Assembly: GCA_030430425.1 (NCBI GenBank)
Contig: JAUIFS010000001.1
Coordinates: 5,992 to 69,991, forward strand
DNA: 64,000 nucleotides
Origin: a bacterium
GTDB lineage: Bacteria > Patescibacteriota > Minisyncoccia > Phycocordibacterales > UBA918
Direction of reading: 5' to 3'
The notes beneath the pieces are model-generated. The model was not told the DNA's origin, made no database searches, and saw nothing but the letters and a program-made list of their open reading frames with translations. The position numbers were made by a program, and so were the translations under genes. Below, in pieces: positions 26,123-35,143 of the stretch (position 1 is its first letter; every line of letters begins with the position of its first letter).

Positions 26123-27601
26123 TTAGCCAACTTTATGCTCTCTCGCGATGGCTTTGAGTGCTTTTTCCTCTTCTGTTGCCTGCTTTTCCTTCCCTGCTGT
26201 CCCCAATTTCTCAAGTTCTGTTTCAGGGAGTGTATTAAGCTCTAAAACCCTTGTTTCTAAGTACTTTTCTTCATTTTTAGTGGGGTCCTCCAGCACTTCT
26301 TCTAACAAAGCATGCAGGATATATCCTAGCTTTTTCCCCGGTTTTTCCCCAGTAATGTCCATAATGTCCTTTCCGTCTACCTTCAGCATCTTAACCGATA
26401 TAGGGTCTCTTAAAGCTTCATCAACCATGGCTTTGTACTTACGAAACCGAAACGGCTGCTCTTTAGGTCTTCCGGTACCAATGCGATCACAAATACGAAG
26501 ATTGAGAAGATCATCAATATGATCTTCTCCTATGCGCACAATAGTACGCCGTACTGCTGCGAGTGTAATTTCGTCAGGATCTGAGAAAAACATGTGCCAG
26601 CGCACGAGTTTTTCAACATTTTGGCTGAATTCTCGTGGCATTTTCAGGCGTTTGAGTATCTTGCGGGTCATGCGAGCGCCAACTACCTCGTGCCCGAAGA
26701 AAGAATAAGCCTTATTTTTGCCACCCATCGTTCGTGTGGCTGGTTTTCCGATGTCATGGAGAAGTGCAGCGTAGCGCATTTCGAGTGAAAAGCCCTTGTC
26801 AGCGGCCGCTTGGCAGGTACGTAGTAGGTGTTCGTACACGTCAAAAGCATGAATGCCTCCCTGCTCACACCCAATAGCGTCCTTAATCTCAGGCAGTACA
26901 TAGTTGAGCATTCCAAGACGCTCAAGGAATACGATGCCCTGCATCGGTGTGTCTGAGTGTATGATCTTCTGAAATTCATCCGCGATACGTTCAATAGAAA
27001 TACGTTCTAAAAGCGCACTATTCTTAGTGATTGACGTCATAGTCTCTGACTCAATGGCAAAGTTGAGTTGAGCAGCTAAACGAACAGCACGCATCATACG
27101 TAGTGCGTCTTCTCCAAAGCGTTCGTCTGGATTCCCTACTGTTTTAAGCCGTTTTTTCTTTATGTCTTCAATGCCACCAAATAAATCAACAAGTTTTTCG
27201 TCTTCTATACGATAGGCGATCGCATTGACGGTAAAATCACGTCGTTTGAGGTCTTCTTCAAGCGAAACGCCAAACGCTACGTTATCAGGGCGGCGTGCGT
27301 CTGAGTATGTTCCTTCAGTGCGATAAGGCGTAACTTCAATAACTTCAAGTGTTGGATCTTCAGCATCTTCAAACTTTACTCCGACAGTCCCGAAGTCGTT
27401 GTTGCAAAAGGTCTCATCTTCCCCGAAAAGACTCATTATTTCTTCAGGAGTAGCGTCGGTAGTGAGGTCCCAGTCTTTTGGGGTTCTACCGATAAGGAGG
27501 TCACGTACACAGCCACCCACCAAATACGCCTCAAAACCTCCCTTTTCAAGGGTTTTTGAAACATGTTGCACTTCTTTAGAGATGTCTGTGTGGGTTATCA
27601 T
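26123..27601 (-). CDS. cca: CCA-adding tRNA nucleotidyltransferase (PolyA-pol head plus HD domain)
   Basis: GGCVRDLLIGRTPKDWDLTT nucleotidyltransferase signature and a downstream HD domain (LLHDIGK); 492 aa. Confidence 0.85.
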   Translation of the reverse strand: MITHTDISKEVQHVSKTLEKGGFEAYLVGGCVRDLLIGRTPKDWDLTTDATPEEIMSLFGEDETFCNNDFGTVGVKFEDAEDPTLEVIEVTPYRTEGTYSDARRPDNVAFGVSLEEDLKRRDFTVNAIAYRIEDEKLVDLFGGIEDIKKKRLKTVGNPDERFGEDALRMMRAVRLAAQLNFAIESETMTSITKNSALLERISIERIADEFQKIIHSDTPMQGIVFLERLGMLNYVLPEIKDAIGCEQGGIHAFDVYEHLLRTCQAAADKGFSLEMRYAALLHDIGKPATRTMGGKNKAYSFFGHEVVGARMTRKILKRLKMPREFSQNVEKLVRWHMFFSDPDEITLAAVRRTIVRIGEDHIDDLLNLRICDRIGTGRPKEQPFRFRKYKAMVDEALRDPISVKMLKVDGKDIMDITGEKPGKKLGYILHALLEEVLEDPTKNEEKYLETRVLELNTLPETELEKLGTAGKEKQATEEEKALKAIAREHKVG

Positions 27602-27831
27602 TGGTGTTATTGTAGCAGATTACATTGCATGAATGTGTCTTATGTTACTAAAGACTTCGTTCTATTAAGTACCTGCTGACCCAGCGCCTTGTTTTCTTTT
27701 TTTTTGAGAAGGCAAAGCAGAATTTTCGGACTCGATCCTTACAGGATCAGTACAGGTTGTCACTATTTTGTTTCCTTCGTCACAAAATAGCAGGCAGCCT
27801 TTTCGAGTCCTGGTAGCCTACAGTCATACAC

Positions 27832-27859
27832 AAAGGCCGATGCATATGCATCGGCCTTT
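27832..27859. terminator. palindrome aaaggccgatgcatatgcatcggccttt
   Basis: Just downstream of tRNA-Arg on the minus strand, followed by a T-run on the plus strand. Confidence 0.55.
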
Positions 27860-27870
27860 GTTTATTTTTG

Positions 27871-27942
27871 TGTGCCTACCAGGACTCGAACCCAGAACGC
27901 TTGGGCCGAAACCAAGAATGATATCCATTTCACCATAGGCAC
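27871..27942 (-). tRNA. tRNA-Arg (anticodon TCG)
   Basis: Reverse complement folds as a cloverleaf: acceptor GTGCCTA/TAGGCAC, anticodon stem CTTGG/CCAAG with loop TTTCGGC, T-loop TTCGAGT. No CCA encoded. T-stem has two G-U pairs. Confidence 0.75.
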
Positions 27943-28065
27943 AGGTGTTTTTATGAGTACTGCACGTATTTCGGCTGTAATGCAGTGGGAATACTATACT
28001 TTATTTAAAAAGAAAATCAATAGTGCCACTTTCTGTGTCCCGCTGTGGTTTTTCAGTCTCTGTTT

Positions 28066-28788
28066 TTATAACTTCTTCCACAGCAACTTAAACAGCTTCT
28101 CTTGAAACCTTGCTATCTTTGCTGACTCTACAATGAATGCCGTATCTGAATCGTAGTCCACATATGCTGTCTTGTCTGCATAGACCACGAGCGAAATATT
28201 GTCTTCAAAGAGGTCGAAGTCTTTAGGGATTGCTTTTATGGTGCGTTCCAACTTCTGTTCTTTTTCTGCTGCCTTTGCTTCGCTTGTAATCACCAAGCGT
28301 TCGATCTGTTTTGCGTCACGAACCTGCATGTAGTAAGTATCTTTGTATGGCGTGCTGTCACCTAGATGCGAAGTGTAACGATAAAAGGTGCTTCCTCGTG
28401 GTAGTGAGTATGCAATATCATCATATACAAAACGTAGTCCCTTCTTCCCTTCAAAGTATCTAATGGTTGGTCGTTCAGGTTCTACTTCTTTATATTCTTC
28501 AACCAGGCTGGTGAGCATGTTTGTAGTGTCTTCTTGCTTCTTTTTATACTGAGTCAAGATGCGTTCGGGCGATTCTGCTTTATAAAAAATACGCTTCTGC
28601 TTTTGTACAAGACTGACATACCCGCTATTCTGCATTTTAGGCAGAAGTGTATACAGTGCAGGTCGATTGATATGTGTTTCTTTGCTAATGCTCGAAAGTG
28701 ACATAATGCCTCCCTGTAATAGCGTCTCATATACGGCTGCTTCCTTTTTAGTTAAGCCTGCATGAATGAGAATTTCGAAGGTATTCAT
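28066..28788 (-). CDS. TrmB-family transcriptional regulator
   Basis: N-terminal wHTH (LTKKEAAVYETLLQGGIMSLSSISKETHINRPALYTLL) plus a TrmB-like C-terminal domain; 240 aa. Confidence 0.7.
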   Translation of the reverse strand: MNTFEILIHAGLTKKEAAVYETLLQGGIMSLSSISKETHINRPALYTLLPKMQNSGYVSLVQKQKRIFYKAESPERILTQYKKKQEDTTNMLTSLVEEYKEVEPERPTIRYFEGKKGLRFVYDDIAYSLPRGSTFYRYTSHLGDSTPYKDTYYMQVRDAKQIERLVITSEAKAAEKEQKLERTIKAIPKDFDLFEDNISLVVYADKTAYVDYDSDTAFIVESAKIARFQEKLFKLLWKKL

Positions 28789-28949
28789 GGAAATTTGTAA
28801 GATATATTTACAAAACTAATATAGTTTAATATAAACACATAATTACTAAAAAGCAATTATATTTTCATATGTATGTACTTTAGTCTGACAAAAATAATTC
28901 TGAACGTATAGTAAGCCTGAAAGTTCTTTACAAAAGAAAGGAGGATCCC

Positions 28950-29528
28950 ATGTCGATCTTCAGAGTAAACCAAAATGCCGTACAGAACCAAGCGATGCAG
29001 TTTGCAATCATGGCGCATGCAAATCAGGTGCGTAAAGGCAATGAGCACATCCCGTATGTTTTTCATGTGATCGATGTTGCTGAAGAAGTGATCTACTACT
29101 CGGATCTCCCAGTTGCGCAGCTGGAGACTGCGGCAGTTGTTGCGCTTCTGCATGACACGGTTGAGGATACGATCGTTACTATTGCCGATATTGAAAATAA
29201 CTTCGGCAAAGAAGTTGCGCAAGGTGTTGCAGCCTTAAGCAAAGACGCATCAATTGTTGAGGCATCAGAGATCTCAAAGCTACAACAGCTGCAGGAAAGC
29301 ATTAAACGCATCAAAGCGGCACCGCGTTACGTATGGGCAGTGAAAATGGCTGACCGTGTATCGAACCTCAAGAATTTTCCAGCTATGTGGAGCCGGGAAA
29401 AGATTGAGCAGTATCTCGATGAGTCTGTATTGATTGCTCGAGAGCTTAGCGAAGCGTCCGAAGGGCTCCATGCTCGGTTGCTGATGCGGATCGCAGAAGC
29501 ACGGCGTATGCTCTGTATCAAAACATGA
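28950..29528 (+). CDS. HD-domain phosphohydrolase, RelA/SpoT-like (p)ppGpp hydrolase domain only
   Basis: AMQFAIMAHANQVRKGNEHIPYVFHVIDVAEEV...ALLHDTVEDT matches the SpoT/Mesh1 HD signature. Strong SD aaaggagga. Confidence 0.7.
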   Translation: MSIFRVNQNAVQNQAMQFAIMAHANQVRKGNEHIPYVFHVIDVAEEVIYYSDLPVAQLETAAVVALLHDTVEDTIVTIADIENNFGKEVAQGVAALSKDASIVEASEISKLQQLQESIKRIKAAPRYVWAVKMADRVSNLKNFPAMWSREKIEQYLDESVLIARELSEASEGLHARLLMRIAEARRMLCIKT

Positions 29529-29540
29529 AAGGAGGATGAA

Positions 29541-29819
29541 ATGAAGCAGCACACAGTAGTTCGGCAGGACTGGCTTGAGTCGGAAGCAGGTTGGGGTGTT
29601 CGTCCTGATGGATATACACTCCATCTCTCAGAAGAGGATCGAGAGCTGTTCATTGAGGAGTATTGGGCAGGAATGCCCGATGCTGTTCCAAGCGAATACT
29701 CGCGACCATGTGGAGGCTTGAAGTTCGTCGAGGTTGACCAAGAGCGCTATGAAGCGCTGCAGGAGCAACGTGATAGCAAGGAGCCGTTTGGCGTCTCGTG
29801 TTATGGCCTGTGGTTTTAA
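29541..29819 (+). CDS. hypothetical protein (92 aa), translationally coupled to the HD hydrolase
   Basis: SD gaaaggagga 6 nt upstream; starts 12 nt after the HD gene stop. Confidence 0.5.
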   Translation: MKQHTVVRQDWLESEAGWGVRPDGYTLHLSEEDRELFIEEYWAGMPDAVPSEYSRPCGGLKFVEVDQERYEALQEQRDSKEPFGVSCYGLWF

Positions 29820-29829
29820 AAACATCTTC

Positions 29830-29860
29830 TCACGGCGAGCAAAGCTCGCCGTGGTTTCTT
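29830..29860 (+). terminator. hairpin cacggcgagc-aaa-gctcgccgtg plus gtttcttt
   Basis: Between the 92-aa and 213-aa ORFs; possibly an attenuating rather than a full terminator. Confidence 0.45.
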
Positions 29861-29879
29861 TGAGAAAAGGAGAAAGAGT

Positions 29880-30521
29880 ATGTCAGGAAGAAAACATACC
29901 GATATACCAAAGATTGAGGATTATAAACCACTAGATCCTGCTGGCAATACATTTTGGATGCCGGTGCCGCACGCATGTTCATCAACACTCGATATGTCGT
30001 ATGATGTGCAAACTGCTTTAGTTGCATGGGGTGTAATACCGGTTTGTGACAAACCGTTTACGCAAATTATGCACCCTGATGATCCGAAGGTTGGGAAGTT
30101 TACCCTCCCTAAAGGGTGGAGTGTTCCATATCGCGGTAGGTTTGAGTGGTCATTGCGAGACGAGAACGATCGAGAGCGGGTTCGCATTTACTACGAATCT
30201 GGTCCGTATGACTACATTGTGCAGAGTCATCTTAGAATCCCATTCGATCTTCAAACGAGGATTTCTCGTGGCAAGGTACCACCACGAAAATGGTGGATGG
30301 AGCTATCGCACCATGGTCGGACTGTTTTTAAGAGTGATGTGATTCGGCCCTTCCCCAAGAAGGTGCGAAAATTACAAAAACAGATGGGTGAGGTGGAGTT
30401 CTCAATGAAGGTGTTCTTTCCTAGAATGGGCATCCTGAGGCCACCACTTGAAGAGGCGGCGAAAGCGTTTCTCAAAGAGAACTATCCTGATTTCCCGGTA
30501 GATCCAAATGCATATTGGTAA
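29880..30521 (+). CDS. hypothetical protein (213 aa)
   Basis: SD aaggag upstream; no family recognized; followed by a strong terminator. Confidence 0.55.
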   Translation: MSGRKHTDIPKIEDYKPLDPAGNTFWMPVPHACSSTLDMSYDVQTALVAWGVIPVCDKPFTQIMHPDDPKVGKFTLPKGWSVPYRGRFEWSLRDENDRERVRIYYESGPYDYIVQSHLRIPFDLQTRISRGKVPPRKWWMELSHHGRTVFKSDVIRPFPKKVRKLQKQMGEVEFSMKVFFPRMGILRPPLEEAAKAFLKENYPDFPVDPNAYW

Positions 30522-30540
30522 GTTGGTATCACTAGATGTA

Positions 30541-30570
30541 AACCCGTCGAATAGAATTCGACGGGTTTTT
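30541..30570 (+). terminator. intrinsic terminator aacccgtcgaat-agaa-ttcgacgggttttt
   Basis: Perfect 12-bp stem plus T5. Confidence 0.8.
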
Positions 30571-30585
30571 CTATATACTGTTTGC

Positions 30586-30870
30586 ATGGAACTTTCTGAA
30601 CGATATATGCAGAAGTTTGAGCAGGAAGGGTTTGCATCAGTGTATGAATGGCAGGACCCTCCCGGAACAGTATATGAAGAGCATGAGCACAAAGGAAAAG
30701 TGAGTCTTTTTGTCACCGATGGCTCAATTACATTTACTATTGACGGTAAGAATAAAGAAGTAATCGCCCCAGCGCGCATGGATATCCCTCCAAACACACC
30801 CCATTGTGCTGTTGTTGGTCCAGAGGGGTGGATTGTAATTGTTGCAGAGGAGATTGAAGGCGATAGTTAA
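30586..30870 (+). CDS. cupin-domain protein (about 94 aa)
   Basis: Start moved downstream of the terminator hairpin to MELSER.... Two-His cupin-like motif region (EEHEHKGKVSLFV...HCAV). Confidence 0.55.
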   Translation: MELSERYMQKFEQEGFASVYEWQDPPGTVYEEHEHKGKVSLFVTDGSITFTIDGKNKEVIAPARMDIPPNTPHCAVVGPEGWIVIVAEEIEGDS

Positions 30871-30885
30871 TTTTGAAAACCCTAT

Positions 30886-30918
30886 GAGAGACACGTGTGC
30901 ACGCACGTGTCTCTTTTT
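30886..30918 (+). terminator. hairpin gagagacacgtgtgcacgcacgtgtctctc plus ttttat
   Basis: Long perfect stem followed by a T-run after the cupin gene. Confidence 0.7.
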
Positions 30919-30971
30919 ATGTGTATAGACTTATTATGAACACTTGTAATGATATATAATAGATACATCCT

Positions 30972-31640
30972 ATGATACGAAATGAGGAGACATACAAGCA
31001 GGTCCTTGAATTCCGTAAGCGGGGCTTCACCTATGCGGAGATCGCTAAGATATGTGGTGTTTCTAAGGCGACTGTTTCTAACTATGTTGCAAAAAAGAAG
31101 TTTTCAAAGCAGGTAGCAAAGGATAATAGTGAGCGGGCAGCGAAAGAAAACAAGAAGCGTATGCAGCTTTTGAACGCTGCACGTGCCTCAGAACGAAAGG
31201 TGCGCTACCGTGAAGCGTTGCGTTCTGCAGAAACTGAGTACAAACACTACAAAAATTCTCCCCTGTTTACCGCTGGATTGATGATTTATCTCTGTGAGGG
31301 TGATATGAAGGATCGTTCTCGTATTCGTCTTACAACGCAAAACAAGGATGCTCATCGGCTATTTATAACATTCTTAGTTGAGTATCTGGGAGTTTCAAAA
31401 GCTGATGTGTCTTTCTGGTTATTGCTGTATATGGGAATGCAGGAGACAAAGGAGATAAGATGGTGGGCGCGACATGCTCGGCTGTCTGTTTCACAGTTTG
31501 GAAAGACGCAGTTTGTTGCTCAGCAGTCTAAAAAGAAAATATTGCATCATGGCACAGGAAATACTATAATCGTGGACACTGTTTTGAAGCAGAAGCTCAA
31601 TCGATGGATTACACTTGCTTCGAAGGAGTTAGGAAAATAA
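30972..31640 (+). CDS. HTH DNA-binding protein with LAGLIDADG-homing-endonuclease-like C-terminal domain
   Basis: N-terminal HTH (FTYAEIAKICGVSKATVSNYV). C-terminal TAGLMIYLCEGD followed by RIRLTTQNKDAHRLFITFLVEYLGVSKADVSF matches the LAGLIDADG core and its following beta-strand/helix pattern. Stop is 5 nt before tRNA-Gly. Confidence 0.5.
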   Translation: MIRNEETYKQVLEFRKRGFTYAEIAKICGVSKATVSNYVAKKKFSKQVAKDNSERAAKENKKRMQLLNAARASERKVRYREALRSAETEYKHYKNSPLFTAGLMIYLCEGDMKDRSRIRLTTQNKDAHRLFITFLVEYLGVSKADVSFWLLLYMGMQETKEIRWWARHARLSVSQFGKTQFVAQQSKKKILHHGTGNTIIVDTVLKQKLNRWITLASKELGK

Positions 31641-31645
31641 CAAAA

Positions 31646-31719
31646 GCGGCCATAGTTTAGTGGTAAAACGTATCGTTGCCAACGATAAGTCGGGGTTTCG
31701 ATTACCCCTGGCCGCACCA
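31646..31719 (+). tRNA. tRNA-Gly (anticodon GCC), CCA encoded
   Basis: GCGGCCA acceptor, D-stem GTTT/AAAC, anticodon stem TATCG/CGATA with loop TTGCCAA, T-arm GGGGT-TTCGATT-ACCCC, discriminator A, CCA. Confidence 0.9.
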
Positions 31720-31731
31720 ATCAGTATGACT

Positions 31732-31763
31732 AAAAAACACCTTTCTTAAGAAAGGTGTTTTTT
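31732..31763. terminator. hairpin aaaaaacacctttc-ttaa-gaaaggtgtttttt
   Basis: Perfect stem, bidirectional A/T flanks, downstream of tRNA-Gly. Confidence 0.75.
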
Positions 31764-31792
31764 AGTCATAGCAAGCAAACTGCTTTGCTTGC

Positions 31793-32059
31793 GTGCTGAT
31801 TGGTGAGCCGGAGACATGTATTGCTGGTCTCGCGTTTGTGTTACTACTTATTTCCCTACTTGGACAGCGATTCACAACACAGATAGCTTGGGCGGCGGAC
31901 ACACATGGGTGGTTTAAGCGAACACTAGGAGTGCTTTTCCTGCTGGTTGGTCTGAGTATTGCAACTGGGTTTGATAAGGTTATAGAAACAAAGATCCTCG
32001 ATTCTGGGTTTAATACTGTACAGTTTGAAAATAAGCTACTAGAGTCTGCCTTGGAATAG
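31793..32059 (+). CDS. possible small membrane protein (88 aa)
   Basis: Two hydrophobic helices (IAGLAFVLLLISLL, LGVLFLLVGLSIATGF). Alternative-start ORF with no SD; weak. Confidence 0.3.
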   Translation: MLIGEPETCIAGLAFVLLLISLLGQRFTTQIAWAADTHGWFKRTLGVLFLLVGLSIATGFDKVIETKILDSGFNTVQFENKLLESALE

Positions 32060-32166
32060 AAAATAAGCCGTTTTCTGACACCATATAGCATATCTGCTAT
32101 ATGGTGTATCTTTTTACGTACTTCTTTGGTACTATACGATGGAATAGTTATTTAAGAGGACAAACT

Positions 32167-33075
32167 ATGCTAGAAAACAAGAAGAAACCAACCATTGTCC
32201 TCCCCGAGGGTAATGAAGAGCGAATACTGCTTGCTGCAAAACAGGTTCTTAAGGAGGCGTTTTGCCGGCTTATCATTATCGGTGATGCTGCCTATGTAGC
32301 AAGTATTCTTGGCGATCTGTCGGGATACAGTGTTGTTTCGCCGGACAAAGGTGTTGCACTTGCTCGCTTGCAGCAGGCACGAATTGCTGCTGGGAAGAAG
32401 GAGCTTGCTGTCCCCTACCCAAATCTTGTGCAGGCTGCGGAAATGGTTCGTGATGGTACTGCTGATGGTGTCGTAGGAGGCGCTGAAGCAACAACCGATG
32501 TTGTGGCTGTTGTGTTTGCTAAAGTGATTGGGCTTAAGGCCGGGTTTAACTTGGTATATGACTGCTTCAAGATGGAAAAGGGCGACCAGGTCCTTGTTTT
32601 TGCCAACTGCGCACTGCTTGAAGTACCTACTACTGAGCAGCGTGCCGAAATAGCAATTTTGGCTGGTGAGTTTGCACGCTTTCTTGGTCTGGATCCAAAA
32701 GTCGCACTGCTGGATTATCAGACTGTTGGAAATGCACCGCGTCCATTACCGCAAGAGACCGCTCATGCTGTGCAAATTGCGCTGCAAAAGGCAGATTTTC
32801 CTGTTGATGGTCCCCTGCAGCTTGATGCTGCGGTAAATAAGACCATTGCTGCAAAAAAAGCACCTGACAGTCAAGTTGCTGGTAATGCAAACGTTCTTGT
32901 GTTTCCTGATCTGCGTTCAGGAAACATAGGATACAAAAACGCAGCACAGCTTGGAGGTTGGGTTGCAACCGGTCCTATACTGCTTGGTACTAAAAAACCT
33001 GCTAACGACCTTTCTCGTGGTTCTACTGTTGAAGAGATTGTAAGCACAATCAAGTTGACCGCACTGCAGGTATAG
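32167..33075 (+). CDS. phosphate acetyl/butyryl-transferase family protein (PTA_PTB domain)
   Basis: SD aagagga upstream. MLENKKKPTIVLPEGNEERIL... N-terminus and a C-terminal SRGSTVEEIV motif typical of Pta/Ptb. Start trimmed to the internal ATG. Confidence 0.8.
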   Translation: MLENKKKPTIVLPEGNEERILLAAKQVLKEAFCRLIIIGDAAYVASILGDLSGYSVVSPDKGVALARLQQARIAAGKKELAVPYPNLVQAAEMVRDGTADGVVGGAEATTDVVAVVFAKVIGLKAGFNLVYDCFKMEKGDQVLVFANCALLEVPTTEQRAEIAILAGEFARFLGLDPKVALLDYQTVGNAPRPLPQETAHAVQIALQKADFPVDGPLQLDAAVNKTIAAKKAPDSQVAGNANVLVFPDLRSGNIGYKNAAQLGGWVATGPILLGTKKPANDLSRGSTVEEIVSTIKLTALQV

Positions 33076-33087
33076 AGGTGAGAAAAC

Positions 33088-33118
33088 AAAAAAGGCGCTC
33101 AAGAGAGCGCCTTTTTCC
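33088..33118. terminator. hairpin aaaaaaggcgctc-aagaga-gcgccttttt
   Basis: Between the convergent pta-like and def genes. Confidence 0.7.
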
Positions 33119-33161
33119 TTTGTTTCATGTGTAACACCATGTGTTTGTTGCACGTGAAACA

Positions 33162-33695
33162 CTATTTATCCTTTATGTTCTTCAGATAGTAGTCACGATT
33201 TACAAAGGTGAGAGGGTCTGCCTTATCAGTAAACATTATGCCGTTTAGGTGATCGATTTCATGCTGAATTACACGAGCAAGAAGTCCTGATGCTGCTTTC
33301 TCTTGCAATTCACCTGCTTGATCCATGTACTGAACGGTCACCTCTATAGGACGTTCCACTTTTCCAAAAAAAGTACCATTAAGAACACTCCCGCATCCCT
33401 CATAACCATATTCTGTTTCGTGTGAAACTGAAATAATTTCAGGGTTGATGTAGATACAAAGTGGATCAGGGTCCTTTATATCAGGGCGATTCTTTGTTGC
33501 CACAATCTCGGAGACAAAAATACGGTCTATTTCACCTATTTGACAGGCAGCCATCCCTACAAGTCCAGTGTCTCGCATGGTGTCAACTAGGTCAGCAATG
33601 ACTTGCTGAACGCGAGAATCTTCCACATTAGCTACATGCTGTAGTGTTTCACGTAAAACAGGTTCGCCAATTTGAATTGTTTCTCTGATAGCCAT
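33162..33695 (-). CDS. def: peptide deformylase
   Basis: GMAACQIGE (motif 1), EGCGS (motif 2), QHEIDHLNG (motif 3). Confidence 0.9.
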   Translation of the reverse strand: MAIRETIQIGEPVLRETLQHVANVEDSRVQQVIADLVDTMRDTGLVGMAACQIGEIDRIFVSEIVATKNRPDIKDPDPLCIYINPEIISVSHETEYGYEGCGSVLNGTFFGKVERPIEVTVQYMDQAGELQEKAASGLLARVIQHEIDHLNGIMFTDKADPLTFVNRDYYLKNIKDK

Positions 33696-33773
33696 TTTAT
33701 ACCTCTATATTTATCTATTTCAGACTTCAGTATACAGAAATATCTTTAATGCGAAAGATATTTGTATGGAACA

Positions 33774-34199
33774 CTATTTCTTGTCCACTGAGTACCGACC
33801 GGCTCCAAGTCCTGCAATGGCTAGTGCACCAGCGAGGAACATTAATTGTAATTCGATTGCAGATCCGCCACCTCGTGCTGAAATAGTGAAAATTTCACCT
33901 ATATGTGCCAGTACAATAACAAAAACCATGGTGATTGTTACTAATTTTGCCGCTAAGCGTGTTTTATATCCAACGATAAGCATAATAGGCGCTACAACCT
34001 CACCAATATACACAAGGTATGCAAGCATTGCTGGTAAATGGTAGTTCTGGAAAAGACCTCCAATAAAATCAAGTGTTCCAGGATTAGAAATTTTATATAT
34101 TCCGTGGAGTAAGACTAGTAAACCAACAGCAAGACGTAAAATTAATTTTGCAGTGTCCGCAGACATGCAAGGTTCATTACATTTTTGTACTAAGTTCAT
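33774..34199 (-). CDS. DoxX-family membrane protein
   Basis: 141 aa; 4 TM helices; LRLAVGLLVLLHGIYKI DoxX-like N-terminus. Confidence 0.6.
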   Translation of the reverse strand: MNLVQKCNEPCMSADTAKLILRLAVGLLVLLHGIYKISNPGTLDFIGGLFQNYHLPAMLAYLVYIGEVVAPIMLIVGYKTRLAAKLVTITMVFVIVLAHIGEIFTISARGGGSAIELQLMFLAGALAIAGLGAGRYSVDKK

Positions 34200-34314
34200 A
34201 GCATGTATGTATTAAAATGATAGTACTGTATATAGTAGCATGCGGACTATGACTACGTTACACATGAAACATTATTTTCTTTGAAAAACAGCATTTCATG
34301 TGTAACATACAAGT

Positions 34315-34980
34315 ATGACTACTCTTCTGACAGCAGTTTTGCTTTATATTTTAGTGTTTGGGGCTGATTATCTGTTCTACGTGAAACAGGAAAAGTCATA
34401 TAAATACATTTCAGTGCAGACGTATATACTGTTTGTGATCGGGCAACTTGCCGCAATTTTTCTTTTTTATAATGAAATCACTTCATTTTTTGTCCATTGG
34501 CAATCAGAAGTCGTTTTCCTACTCATTTTTACAGCCTTTTTGCTACTTTTTACCTACGTGCTTATGCGTGACCGCTTGTATGTATGTAGTATGAGCTCAC
34601 GCTCATTACGATGTCTAACTCCTTGGTATGTATTGGTGAAAGGTGCTGAAATAGTGTTTCAGCAGCTTATTTACTTGATGGTTGCACTCACCCTCGCTTC
34701 CCTGCTTGGAGTCCATTTCTACACATACGTGGCATATATATTGATCCTACTTATCATGCACATCGTAGTGATACTTGGTGGTGGTCAAAGTGTTGTAAAA
34801 AGCCTTACATTTGGGCTATTTGCAATATCAGCTCCTATATTTTACGTATACACGGAAATGGGAGTATTTTGGCCCGCCGTGTACTTACATGGCGTCATGT
34901 ATGTGTTTTATTGGCTCACGATCGCTGACTTTGACGGTTCCTCGCTCAATTCTGCAGTAAAAGTGGAAAACCGTGGATAA
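34315..34980 (+). CDS. hypothetical polytopic membrane protein (221 aa)
   Basis: At least 6 hydrophobic helices; no family recognized. Confidence 0.5.
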   Translation: MTTLLTAVLLYILVFGADYLFYVKQEKSYKYISVQTYILFVIGQLAAIFLFYNEITSFFVHWQSEVVFLLIFTAFLLLFTYVLMRDRLYVCSMSSRSLRCLTPWYVLVKGAEIVFQQLIYLMVALTLASLLGVHFYTYVAYILILLIMHIVVILGGGQSVVKSLTFGLFAISAPIFYVYTEMGVFWPAVYLHGVMYVFYWLTIADFDGSSLNSAVKVENRG

Positions 34981-35143
34981 GTGAGTGGATAGGTGGATAA
35001 AGGACAGTACTTTATATATAAGAAATTTTAATTATATAGCTATAAATAAGGGTTTAATAACTAAAATCAATTATTTTGTACTTTACAACGTTTCACGTGA
35101 AACATATAAAAGATGTTACACATGGAACATTTAATACGTAAAT

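Noticed and set aside
28857-29222. 121-aa ORF antisense to the HD-hydrolase gene start
   Set aside because: It overlaps the SD-supported HD gene and its promoter region. Its composition is atypical.
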